A stretch of DNA of 63,303 bases, the filler included, from Chiloscyllium plagiosum (Eukaryota): assembly GCF_004010195.1 (NCBI RefSeq). It is 6 parts of 2 records of this genome, joined end to end, with 100 filler letters (N's around TTAATTAATTAA, not from the genome) between each part and the next. Parts side by side here need not be neighbours in the genome. Positions count along the whole stretch, not along the records: positions 37,989 to 57,996 come from NC_057713.1; positions 58,097 to 61,619 come from NC_057713.1; positions 61,720 to 63,303 come from NC_057714.1; 3 more parts are not named here. One strand, 5' to 3'. This document shows positions 50,850-62,741 of the stretch, in pieces. Every line of letters begins with the position of its first letter. Positions within the stretch are counted from its first letter, which is position 1. A program made the position numbers and the translations under genes. The notes below the pieces were generated by a model. That model did not search any database and was not told the DNA's origin. It saw nothing but the letters and a program-made list of their open reading frames with translations.

Positions 50850-51240
50850 AAGGTCTCCTTCTACTCTTTTAAACTGAAAGGAAAACTGACTCTGCACTGT
50901 CCCCATCAAGCACTTTCAAGGATAGGAAGGAACATCACAGGCTTAGATACAGAGTACTAAACTGGCCCCATCAAACACTCCCAGGACAGGTACAGCCCAG
51001 GGTTAACTATACAGTAAAGCTTCCTTTATTCTTTTGAACCGAAGTAAAGTTTACTCTACTCTCCTAAGCTGAAAGCCATGTTCTTTTTACACTGTCCCCA
51101 TGAACCACTTCCAGGACAGGTACTGAAAGGGTTAGGTACAGAGTACAGTTCCCTTTACTCTTTTAAACTGAAGGCAAGCTTTTCTCAACAATGTCTCCAT
51201 CAAACATTCCCAGGACAGGTACAGCATGAGGTTAGACACT
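50850..51240. repeat. Degenerate minisatellite (CACTGTCCCCATCAAACACTCCCAGGACAGGTACAGC..GGTTAGATACAGAGTAAAG)
   Basis: About four imperfect copies, with CCAGGACAGGTAC at ~50982, 51111 and 51209. Confidence 0.7.
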
Positions 51241-51399
51241 ATCATTCTATAAGTCTGCTGTTGCAATGAGTTTCTAGTAATGCTACAGAAGTATAATGCC
51301 ATTGTCACTACTTTAGTCTAACTGCAGTTCCTTGGAGTGCAAATACCAAAATTAAACAATTTCAAATACAATTGCCCTAATGTGGGAAAACTGAGACCA

Positions 51400-52620
51400 A
51401 ACAGAATCATGGAATTGTACAGTACAGAGGGAGGTCCATCATGCCTATACCAGTTACTAAAACAGCTACCCAGTTAATCCCATTCTTCAGCCTAATTTCA
51501 ATAGCCTTCTATATTCAGCACTTTCAAATATATATCCAGCTCTCTTTTGAAACATGCTATGGAATCCACCTCCACCAGTCTCCCAGCGAGCACATCCCAA
51601 ATCTTAACAACTCTGTGTAAAGAAGTTTCTCCTCATCTCACTCCTAGTCCTCTTGCAGACAATCTTGAAATTGTGACCCCTCGTTACTGACATACAAACT
51701 TGTGAAAACAGAATATCCTTCCTTACCCTGTCAAAACTGTTCATAATTTTGAACACCTCAATAAGGTCACTTCTTAATCTTCTCTGCTATAAGGAGAATA
51801 AACCCAATCTCTCTGATCTTTCCTTGTATTTAAAATCCCTCATTCCTTGGTTTGTTCTAGTACATCTCCTTTGCACGCTCTCCAGGGCTTCAGCATTCTT
51901 CCTTAAATAAGTTGCCCAGAACTGAACACAATTTTCCAAATGCGATCTGATCAATGGTTTGTGGAGATGGGGAATCACTTCCTTGCTATTACATTCTACA
52001 CATTCATTTATAAACTCAAAGATCCTATCAGCTTTTTTAACATCCCTTTCAACTTTCCTGGCCCCCTTCAAATTATTATACACCTGAACACTGAGGTCCC
52101 TCTGCTCAAAGTTGTACCATTGACCCTATATTGTCCCTTCATGCTTCTTCTACCAAAATGCATTATCTCACATTTCTCTACATTTAAATTCATCTGCCAG
52201 GTGTGCCCCATTTGGCCGAATTGTCTCTCTGAAGTCACTCAGCATCATCTTCACAGTCCACTTTTCTCCCTAGCTTAGGATCGTCGACAACTTTAGAGAC
52301 TTTACCCTCAACACTCATTTCAAAATTATTTATATAAATCAGAAGATACAAGGGTATGAACCCCAATTCCTGGTGAACTCCACTTTCAACTTGACTCCAA
52401 TCTGAAAAATGCACATCTACATCTGCTTTCTGTTTCCTATTTTTTTAGGCAATTTTTAATCCATGCTGCCAAGGACCCAACATACCAAATATTTCGAATT
52501 TGCTGACCAACCTGCCACATGGCACTATATCAAATCCGTTCTGAAAGTCCAAATATGCAACATCCACAGCACAACCCTCATCCACAACCTGCATTACCTC
52601 ATAATGGAAAAAAACTTTAC
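51400..52620 (-). mobile_element. Decayed CR1 ORF2 3' part
   Basis: ORF 51787..52083 LIRSHLENCVQFW..ALESVQRR. Confidence 0.8.
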
Positions 52621-54072
52621 AGATTTAAAATTTATTCAAAAATTCATTTTTCTTCATCAATAAAACTAATTAATGTTTGATGGCTGAAATAACCACAAGT
52701 CAGTGACCTAAAATATTAAATGCATTTCTCTCCACAGACGGAGTCATACCTGCAGAGTATTTACAGCATTTTCTGAATCCACTTCAGATTTCTAGCATCC
52801 AAAATGCATTGCTTCTTTAAATAAATAACACATGGACATTGATGTAATAATCTCACTACATTATATCCACTACTTAGCTTCTTAAAGTTCTGCAGTAACA
52901 CTTTTAAAAGATAGTCAACCCAAGTGTAGACAAAATTATTTTGTTACCACACTTTTTATTTGGTCTCTCTTCTGCTATAAATATTTCAGAAAGTCCCTGT
53001 GGTCACTGCATTCAGAAATCACTGCAGGTTAGCAATGCTAAAATTGAATTGACTAAATCTATCTTAAAATGTAAAATGGTGAACAATAAGTCACATGTTG
53101 CCAATGAATAATGATTTCTTTGGCACTGTAGGAATGATCCCTTACAGCCACAATATCATAAATCTCATACATCCTAACTCACACTGTGTCCTGCTCACCC
53201 ATCACCCATTTGCTCACAGTTCTGCGCTGGTCCATTGTCACAAATGCCTCAATTTTAAGATTCTCATTCTGATTTTGAAATCCCTCCATGTTCTCATCCC
53301 TTTAAACACTGCCTCCATAATTTCCTCTATCTCAATGTCCCTCCAATTCCAGACTCTTGTATGGCCCTTATGTTAATCATCACCACCACTTGGCATGCGT
53401 CCAGCTGCCAAGTTCCTAAGCTTTGGCATTCTCTCTCTAAACTTCTCTTTACTTCTCTATCCTCCCTTGAACTTAAGGTGACATGGTAGTAACGTTACTC
53501 TGCTAGCAATCCACAGACAGGGGATAACTGTAATTTAAAATTAAGTAATTTAAAAAGGCAAAAAAAATTAAAGATCATGAGATCAGCTACGGTCACACTG
53601 AATGGCAGAGCAAATGTGATGGGTCAAAAGGACTATTTCTGCTCTTACATCTCAGTCTCAAAGATACTCCTTAAACCTGTCTTTATGGTCAAGTTTTTAG
53701 TCATTTGTCTAATGTTCTGTGATGTGGCTCAGTATCAAATTTTAGTTTATAAAGCCAATGCAAAAATGCAGGGACAGTTTAACAATGTTAAATGCTCCAA
53801 ATAAATACAAATGTTTGTTACTTTGCAGTGTAATACAGATCAGGTTAGTGACCACAGTTTCTGCAGTAACTGCCAATACTTAGCAACCCTTTGTTTACAG
53901 TTTTTTAAAATCTAGTGTTAAGGGAAGGTAAAAATAATGGTAAAGTCACCATATTCCCAGAGGACCATATGGCTGTTTTGTCATCACAAAAGAGAGATGA
54001 TTGATAGTGATTGGGTCACTAAATCTCAGATGAGGAAGAGGTTGAGAAGAAGAGTCATTCATATTAACCTCA

Positions 54073-54272
54073 GCAAAAGTGAGGACTGCAGATGCTGGAA
54101 ACCAGAGTTTAGATCAGAGTGGTGCTGGAAAAGCACAGCAAGTCAGGCAGCATCCGAGGAACAGGAAAATCGACTTTTCGGGCAAAGGGCTTTTGCCCGA
54201 AAAGTCGACTTTCCTGCTCCTCGGATGCTGCCTGACCTGCTGTGCTTTTCCAGCACCACTCCGATCTAAACT
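54073..54272. mobile_element. Palindromic PLE-terminus element
   Basis: Inverted arms of ~80 bp (54106-54186 and 54192-54272). Confidence 0.88.
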
Positions 54273-54414
54273 TTATGCTAATCTCACCAGTGCAGGTATC
54301 GAATTCACGCTGTTGGCATCACACTGCATCACAAACCAATCACTCAGTCAACTGAGCTACCTATCCCACAGAGGAAAGGACACAATTACTTTACATACAT
54401 TATTTCAGACTCAC

Positions 54415-54500
54415 CTTTTTATTTCGATTTACACTAAGGAAGTAAGCACTCTCTGTTCCCACAAATGGTGGACCCCAGGCTCGCGTGTCATCACCAGCAC
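54415..54500 (-). CDS. SUGCT: SUGCT coding exon (probable exon 4), 86 nt, [28 protein letters not shown]
   Basis: gtttcag|GTGCTGGTGATGAC...AATAAAAAG|gtgagt. Contains the GDDTRxWGPP and NRNKK motifs; phases 1 to 0 fit the neighbouring exons. Confidence 0.96.
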
Positions 54501-57368
54501 CTGAAACCAGGGAAATGAATTAAAATGATTAATTGATTATTTTATTAAAAGTTGAAGTGCCCTTTCCCTTTGTCACAATTACAGAGAAAATAAAATACAA
54601 ATCTGAAGCAAGGTCATCCATCACTCTTGATGACTTCACTCTTACAACAAATAGCTTCCCCCTTTCTTCAGGTCAGTCAGCCTGACCATTTTTCAGAAAA
54701 ATGCCAAAATCTATAATTAAGGAATTCTTAACAATCCATTTAAAATGGCCAGAAGGTCAAACAAGACATTAAGTATCTAGCCAGATTTTTTAAACGAGCT
54801 GTATGAAAACTAATTGGAGAAAGAAACAGTTAAACAAGGCAGGTGAGAATGCAAGAAAACTCTGCAGCTAATCAAACAATCTGTATTTATATAGCACTTT
54901 AATATTATAATTGTTTCACAGCACAACAACACACTAAGTTAAAGGAGGACAAATTAGAAAAGGCAACCAAAACACCAGGCAAGATGTAGGTTTTAATGAG
55001 TATCAAAAATAAAGAACAGAGTAATGGAGAGGTTTTGGGGAAGGAGTTCAAGATCTTTGGGCCTAGATCGCTGAAGGTACAGCCATCATTAATGAAGTGA
55101 AGGAAATACAGATGTACAAGAGACCAGAGTTGGAGAAATGTAGTTCTTAGGGGGCTAAGGAAGGATAGAGGTAGAGTTTCAAACAGAGTTTTTCTTATTA
55201 TAAGGTGACTTCAGTAGACTGGGAGACACTGTTGATAGCAAGCAGAAGGTTAATAGATGTATTAATTAAGATACAGGCAGCACAGTTTTGAATGAATTTG
55301 ACTTTATAAATAGTTGAAGGGGATAAGTCCAGGCAGGAAAGTATTGGAATAGTACAGTACAGAAGTAGCAAAATCATGGATTTGATCTTCAGCAATACAT
55401 AAACTGCCCTAACCTATTCCTTTACCTCATTCTAATTTCCTCATCCTCAGTCCTTCTGAACCCAACCAGAATTATCCCTGAAACTCTCTGGCACAAAGTC
55501 TTTCCTCATTCATTCTGACAACTCCACCATATCATATGTAGCCTTTTCTCTCTCCAGCTCATGTCAAGTGTCTGCCATCCACTTCAGCCAGTAGTTTTCT
55601 GATCAGCTGTTGCCATGGTTTTACTTTTCCATTGTACTCACCAATCATAATTGCTTTTAATATCTCACACTAGCATAAAGTCCTCATTCAAGTCAATCAT
55701 TAACTCTTGAGGTGTGGCACAATGAATTCAAACTAGGTTTAGGCCTTTTAATTATATTGATAATTCTTCCAAGGAAATGTCTGAACTTTTGTGGTCTTTT
55801 TTGTTTTACTTTGTTGGTAATCATTAAAAGTGATTTCCAATTCGTTGGTAGATGAGAGCAGCTTGAAAGGCATGTCCAACAGTGAGAAGTGGCAGGAAAG
55901 CCTTTGCATTCACATCACTTGTAGAAGTTGTACATGATCCCTTAAACAATCAAATTACAGCTCTGAGTAGAGGGAGCTACATTTGAAATTACAGGAATGG
56001 TCAATTTTATTGGCAACTATCATTAAAGAAAGATGCACCCACTCATGTACACACAAAAAATGTGGAGGAGTAAAGGAAAGATGCGCACAGGAATGGAGGT
56101 AACAGACACACATACAGGAGAAGGAAAATACAAGCACATCCACAATAGTTGGGTACAGAAAACAGACACACGCAGGAGTCAAGGACAAGCAAAAAAGCAA
56201 AAGAGAGAAAAAGTACTCTGGACTCCAGCAAAGAGGAAAGTCATGCACAGTCAGATTTGAAGGCGAGAGATCAAGAGAAGTGAACACGCAGGTAAGTTGG
56301 GGATGAACTACAGTAACAGGGGAAGAAGAAGGGGGTAGAAAAAATGAAAAATAGATAAAAATAGGCTAGAAATCAGGAGAATGAAGGGACATGCAGAAAA
56401 GGCAATAAAAGATATACAAAGAAGTGGGGAAGAAAGTGAATTTACACAGAGCTGAAGAAGGGTGGAAATGAGAACAGGAAAGGAGAAGAAAAGAGCTAAA
56501 AGTGATTAACAACACGAGTGTGAAATGACATAAAAATAATGCAAATAATGGTAGAAAACAATGTTAAAAAGTGCAACAAAAAGGTGCACACAAGCATTTT
56601 TTTTTATTATGAGGAAGTAGTAAACATTCACAACCTCAAAGTTCCAAATTTACAATCAATTAAACATTTTTGAAGTGTAGCCACAGCTGAATCGTGGCAG
56701 CAAATGTACAGACAGCAATGTCCACAAACAGCAATGAGCAGAAGAACCATTTCCAGAAATAAAACAAAAATGCTGAATATATTCAGCAGGTCAGGCAGCT
56801 TCTATAGAGAATGAAAAGGAGTTAACATTGAAGGTTGATAAATGTGTGATAGTTTTTGAATAAGTGAGAATTGGAAGAACAATAGAGACCGTCCATCCGT
56901 GAAGACGTCATGGAGACTAAATGGCAAAAGGTTTCATGGCACAAAAACCAAAGGGAATGGTAATAGGTAAAGAAATAAAGATGTATTTAGGTAAATTGTG
57001 AATGACAAGATGACAGCCATCCAAACCCACAGTAAAGGAGGGAAGAAAGTAACAAGATAAAAACAAACATTCAAAAGAAAACATAAAACAAAACAGAGAT
57101 AAAGCTAAATTATTGATATCTGCTCAAGACAAAGTTTTAATCAGTAAGGGAATCAAGGGTTATAGCGTAAAGACAGGAAAGTGGAGTTGAGGTTTATCAG
57201 ATCAAACACAATCTCATTGAATGGCTGGCCAAACTGAAAGACGTGAATGGCAAACTTCTGCTGCTATGTCTTATGTTCCTATAATCTATTAATCGTAAGG
57301 ACATTATCAATCCTGTTTCATACATATTTCCTGCTAAAAGCAAACATTCTTCAATCAAATCCAATTAC

Positions 57369-57442
57369 CTGGTCTTTCTACTTTGATGATTTCGGCACCC
57401 AGGTCTCCCAAGATCATTGTGGCAAAGGGTCCTGCTAACACC
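57369..57442 (-). CDS. SUGCT: SUGCT coding exon (probable exon 3), 74 nt, [24 protein letters not shown](G)
   Basis: tttacag|GGTGTTAGCAGG...AGACCAG|gtaatt. Hallmark class III CoA-transferase sequence. An 89-nt intron separates it from the previous exon. Confidence 0.96.
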
Positions 57443-57531
57443 CTGTAAATGGAGAATTGGAAAAAAACAATTACACTTACCACATTAAATTCCAACTTGA
57501 AGTTCTTTGATATTAGTGAAATCAAATTTAC

Positions 57532-57577
57532 CTTGTCAGGTCTAGGATTTTAATTCCATCCAATGGTTTTACATTTC
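57532..57577 (-). CDS. SUGCT: SUGCT coding exon (probable exon 2), 46 nt, (G)[14 protein letters not shown](R)
   Basis: Minus strand ttttcag|GAAATGTAAAACCATTGGATGG...CTGACAAG|gtaaat. Peptide matches the N-terminal PLxGxxILDLTR motif of CaiB/BaiF CoA-transferases and is in frame with the next exon. Confidence 0.93.
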
Positions 57578-57787
57578 CTGAAAATAAATGCACAAATATT
57601 AGAACTCATCGCCAAAGCATCACAAATTCAACTTCTAGTCAAATGGGAGAAGGTATACAGGAACATAAACTTTGTTCTACACTGGAAAGCTAGTTGGAGG
57701 ATAACACTGAAGCAAATCTTTACTCAGTCTTATTTTGAGTGAAACATTACAAACATACACCTCTTAACTCAACTAGGTAAAAAGAAT

Positions 57788-57996
57788 GATTCTGGATCAG
57801 TGGTGCTGGAAGAGCACAGCAATTCAGGCAGCATCCGAGGACAGGCAAAATCGACGTTTCGGGCAAAAGCCCTTCATCAGGAATAAAGGGCTGGAAACCA
57901 GATTCTGGATTAGTGATGCTGGAAGAGCACAGCAGTTCAGGCAGCATCCGAGGAGCAGTAAAATCGACGTTTCGGGCAAAAGCCCTTCATCAGGAA
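57788..57996 (-). ncRNA. Tandem PLE termini with two minimal hammerhead motifs (57853-57880 and 57966-57993)
   Basis: Both read CTGATGA-A-GGGC-TTTT-GCCC-GAAAC-GTC on the minus strand, 113 nt apart. The array runs into a gap. Confidence 0.82.
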
Positions 57997-58096
57997 NNNN
58001 NNNNNNNNNNNNNNNNNNNNNNNNNNNNNNNNNNNNNNNNTTAATTAATTAANNNNNNNNNNNNNNNNNNNNNNNNNNNNNNNNNNNNNNNNNNNN

Positions 58097-61000
58097 TGTT
58101 GAGGATGTTGAGGAACCTGCGTGATGAGGCTGTTGAGGAAGCTCCGTGTTGAGGATGTTGAGGAACATGCGTGTTGAGGATGTTGAGGAACGTGCGTGTT
58201 GAGGATGTTGAGGAAGCTGCATGTTGAGGATGTAGAGGAACATGCGTGTTGAGGATGTTGAGGAAGCTGTATGTTGAGGATGTTGAGAAACCTGCGAGTT
58301 GAGGCTGTTGAGGAAGCTGCGTCTTGAGGATGTTGAGGAACATGCGTGGTGAGGATGTTGAGGAAGCTTCGTGTTGAGGATGTTGAGGAACATGCGTGTT
58401 GAGGATGTTGTGGAACATGAGTGTTGAGGATATTGAGGAAGCTGCATGTGGAGGATGTTGAGGAACATGCGTGTTGAGGATGTTGAGGAACATGCGTGTT
58501 GAGGATGTTGAGGAACCTGCGTGTTGACAATGTTGAGGAAGCTGCGTGTTGAGGATGTTGAGGAGCATGTGTGTTGAGGATGTTGCGGAACATACGTGTT
58601 GTGGATGTTGAGGAGCCTGTGTGTTGAGGATGTTGAGGAGCATGTGTGTTGAGGATGTTGAGGAACATGCGTGTTGAGGATGTTGAGGAACATACGTGTT
58701 GAGGAAGCTGCATCTTGAGGATTTTGAGGAACATGCTTGTTGAGGATGTTGAGGAACCTGCGTGTTGAGGATGTTGAGTAAGCTGCGTGTTGAGGATTTT
58801 GAGTAACATGCGTGTTGATGATGTTGAGGAACCTGCGTGTTGAGGATGTTGAGGAATATGCGTGTTGAGGATGTTGAGGAACCTGCGTGATGAGGCTGTT
58901 GAGGAAGCTCCGTGTTGAGGATGTTGAGGAACATGCGTGTTGATGATGTTGAGGAACCTGCATGTTGAGCATGTTGTGGAACATGCATGTTGAGGATGTT
59001 GAGGAAGCTGCATGTGGAGGATGTTGAGGAACATGCGTGTTGAGGATGTTGTGGAAACTGTATGTTGAGGATGTTGAAGAACTTGCGTGTTGAGGATGTT
59101 GTGGAACATGCGTGTTGAGGATGTTGAGGAAGCTGCGTGTTGAGGATGTTGAGGAACATGCGTGTTGAGGAAGCTGCGTGTTGAGGATGTTGAAGAACCT
59201 GCGTCTTGAGGATGTTGAGGAACATGCGTGTTGAGGATGTTGAGGAACATGCGTGTTGAGTATGTTGAGGAAGCTGTGTCTTGAGGATGTTGAGGAACAT
59301 GCGTGTTGAGGATGTTGAGGAAGCTGTGTCTTGAGGATGTTGAATAACATGCGTGTTGAGGATGTTGAGGAGCCTGCGTGTTGAGGATGTTGAGGAACAT
59401 GCGTGTTGAGGATGTTGAGGAAGCTGTATGTTGAGGATGTTCAGGAACTTGCTTGTTGAGGATGTTGAGGAACATGCATGTTGAGGATGTTGAGGAATCT
59501 GTATTTTGAGGATGTTGAGGAACCTGCGTGTTGAGGATGTTGAGGAGCATGCGTGTTGTGGATGTTGAGGAGCATGCGTGTTGAGGATGTTGAAGAACAT
59601 GCATGTTGAGGATGTTGAGGAAGCTGCGAGTTGAAGATGTTGAGGAAGCTGCTTGTTGAGAAAGCTGCGTGTTCAGGATGTTGAGCATGCCTGTTGAGGA
59701 ACATACGTGTTGAGGATGTTGAGGAATATGTGTGTTGAGGATGTTGAGGAACATGCATGTTTAGGATGTTGTGGTAGCATGCGTGTTGAGGATGTTGAGG
59801 AACATGCGTTTTGAGGATGTTGAGGAAGCTGCATGTTGAGGATGTTGAGAAACTTGTGAGTTGAGGATGTTGAGGAAAATGCGTGTTGAGGGTGTTAAGG
59901 AAGCTGCGTGTTGAGGATGATGAGGAACCTGCATGTTGAGGATGCTGAGGAGCATGCGTGTTGAGGATGTTTAGGAACATACGTGTTGAGGATGTTGAGG
60001 AACATGCATGTTGTGGATGTTGAGGAACATATGTGTTGTGGATGTTGAGGAACATACGTGTTGAGGATGTTAAGGAGCCTGTGTGTTGAGGAGCATGTGT
60101 GTTGAGGATGTTGAGGAAGCTGCGTGTTGAGGATGCTGAGAAACATGCATGTTGAGGATGTTGAGGAAGCTGCGTGTTGAGGATGTTGAAGAACCTGCGT
60201 GTTGAGTATGTTGAGGAACCTGCGTGTTGAGGATGTTGAGGAACATGCGTGTTGAGGATGTTGAGGAACCTGCGTGTTGAGGATGTTGAGGAAGCTGCGT
60301 GTTGAGGATGTTGAGGAACATGCGTGTTGAGGATGTTGAGGAACATGCGTGTTGAGGATGTTGAGAAAGCTGCGTGTTCAGGATGTTGAGCATGCCTGTT
60401 GAGAATGTTGAGGAACATCGTGTTGAGGAAGCTGCGTGTTGAGGATGTTGAGGAACATGCGTGTTGAGGATGTTGAGGAACATGCGTGTTGAGGATGTTG
60501 AGGAACATGCGTGTTGAGGATGTTGAGAAAGCTGCGTGTTCAGGATGTTGAGCATGCCTGTTGAGAACGTTGAGGAACATACGTGTTGAGGATGTTGTGG
60601 AATATTCATGTTGAGGATGTTGAGGAACATGCATGTTGCGGATGTTGTGGTAGCATGCGTGTTGAGGATGTTGAGGAACATGCGTTTTGAGGATGTTCAG
60701 GAAGCTGCGTGTTGAGGATGTTGAGAAACTTGCGAGTTGAGGATGTTGAGGAACATGCGTGTTGAGGATGTTGAGGAATCTGCGTGTTGAGGTTGTTAAG
60801 GAAGCTGCGTGTTGAGGATGATGAGGAAGCTGTATTTTGAGGATGTTGAGGAAGATGCTTGTTGAGGATGTTGAGGAGCATGCATGTTGAGGATGTTGAG
60901 CATGCGTGTTGCGGATGTTGAGGAGCATGTGTGTTGAGGATGTTGAGGAAGCTGCGAGTTGAAGATGTTGAGAAAGCTGCTTGTTCAGGATGTTGAGCAT

Positions 61001-61619
61001 GCCTGTTGAGAATGTTGAGGAACATAGGTGTTGAGGATGTTGTGGAATATGCGTGTTGAGGATGTTGAGGAACATGCATGTTGAGGATGTTGTGGTAGCA
61101 TGCGTGTTGAGGATGTTGAGGAACATGCGTTTTTTAGGATGTTGAGGAAGCTGCATGTTGAGGATGTTGAGAAACTTGCGAGTTGATGATGTTGAGGAAC
61201 ATGTGTGTTGAGGATGTTAAGGAAGCTGCGTGTTGAGGATGATGAGGAACCTGCGTGTTGAGGATGTTTAGGAACATACGTGTTGAGGATGTTGAGGAAC
61301 ATGCATGTTGAGGATGTTAAGGAAGCTGCGTGTTGAGGATGATGTGGAACATGCGTGTTGAGGATGTTGAGGAACATGCATGTTGAGGATGTTAAGGAAG
61401 CTGCGTGTTGAGGATGATGAGGAACCTGCGTGTTGAGGATGTTGAGGAGCATGCGTGTTGAGGATGTTTAGGAACATACGTGTTGAGGATGTTGAGGAAC
61501 ATGCATGTTGTGGATGTTGAGGAATATTCGTGTTGAGGATGTTGAGGAGCCTGTGTGTTGCGGAGCATGTGTGTTGAGGATGTTGAGGAGCATGTGTGTT
61601 GAGGATGTTGAGGAACATG
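58097..61619. repeat. Satellite with a 25-bp unit GTTGAGGATGTTGAGGAACATGCGT, about 140 copies
   Basis: Direct reading. The 75-nt/25-aa period in the ORF track (MFLNILNTHVPQHPQHACSSTSSTR) confirms the 25-bp unit. Confidence 0.97.
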
Positions 61620-62024
61620 NNNNNNNNNNNNNNNNNNNNNNNNNNNNNNNNNNNNNNNNNNNNTTAATTAATTAANNNNNNNNNNNNNNNNNNNNNNNNN
61701 NNNNNNNNNNNNNNNNNNNTGTGGCAGTTGTGAGTGGATGAGGATGAGTGCAGCATAAAAGCCCCTGAGTAGCAAGCATCCATTGGAAGATTTTGTTTCC
61801 TGCGCTCACAGAGAGTGAAGCCCTGAGCTGTTCACAGATGCTGCTGACTGATTCCAGGGAGATCTCAGCATCACTCGTGTACAGCCAATTGCCAGTGTAC
61901 TTGTAACAAACCTGTGATGATTGATAATTAATGTGTTCCTCCCATTGAGTTTTAACATCATAGAATCCCTACAGTGCAGATAGAGGCTGGTTGGCCCATC
62001 AACTTTGGGCCAATCCTCCGAAGG

Positions 62025-62205
62025 GCACTGCGCACAGTGGTTAGCAATGCTACTTCACAGCGCCAGGGACCCGTGTTCGATTCCAACCTGTTTTGTGTGG
62101 AGTTTGCATGTTCTCGCTGTGTCTGTGTGGGTTTTCTTCAGGTGCTCAGGGTTGGTACAGACTTAATTGGCTGAATGGTCTCTTTCTGCACTATATGATT
62201 TTATG
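62025..62205 (+). mobile_element. Degenerate HE1-type SINE
   Basis: CAGTGGTTAGCAATGCT...TGTGTGGAGTTTGCATGTTCTC. Confidence 0.7.
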
Positions 62206-62741
62206 ATGATAGCAAGTTTGGCAGCTCTGATAGACTTGTTCTCGAGGTGTGTTGTGAATGTAACAAATTAATTCTCTTTTTTGAACAGGATATTTGTGAC
62301 CACCCTGATGTATTTGTGGCTTCCAGACAGTGATACTCCATGCATGTCAACACTGGAGTCCTGGAAAGAGCCACTGGCAAAGAAGTCCAACGTTCTGATG
62401 ACTTCCAATGCATTTGGCATTGGATTGCCTCCCAATCCACAGGATCTCAGGCCTTCCTGGTGCAGGGAGAATATTTGAGTTCTAGTATCATGTAGCATGC
62501 TCAGCTGCCTATGACATTGCCTCTCATTTACCTGCAAGCAGTTGCCCGACCAGTGGCATGTTCAAATGCATGACGATGCTCACTGTCACAGTGGTCCATT
62601 GTAGCCAATATCCTGAGCTGTTTGATTTCTGCTGCTGTTTTCCATTGGCATTTTAACTCTGCCTGTCTCTGGGCCACCCTCTGTCTGTTTTTTCACACTA
62701 ATCCAAATGTAGCAGATTTCCATGATAGTATTTATACCAGT

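Noticed and set aside
58041..61618. Long ORFs (433-571 aa) rich in H/Q/S/T, and a superficially CRISPR-like constant-plus-variable pattern
   Set aside because: All frames are open because a 25-bp satellite lacks stops on one strand. The variable parts are 8-nt point variants, not unique spacers, and there are no cas genes.
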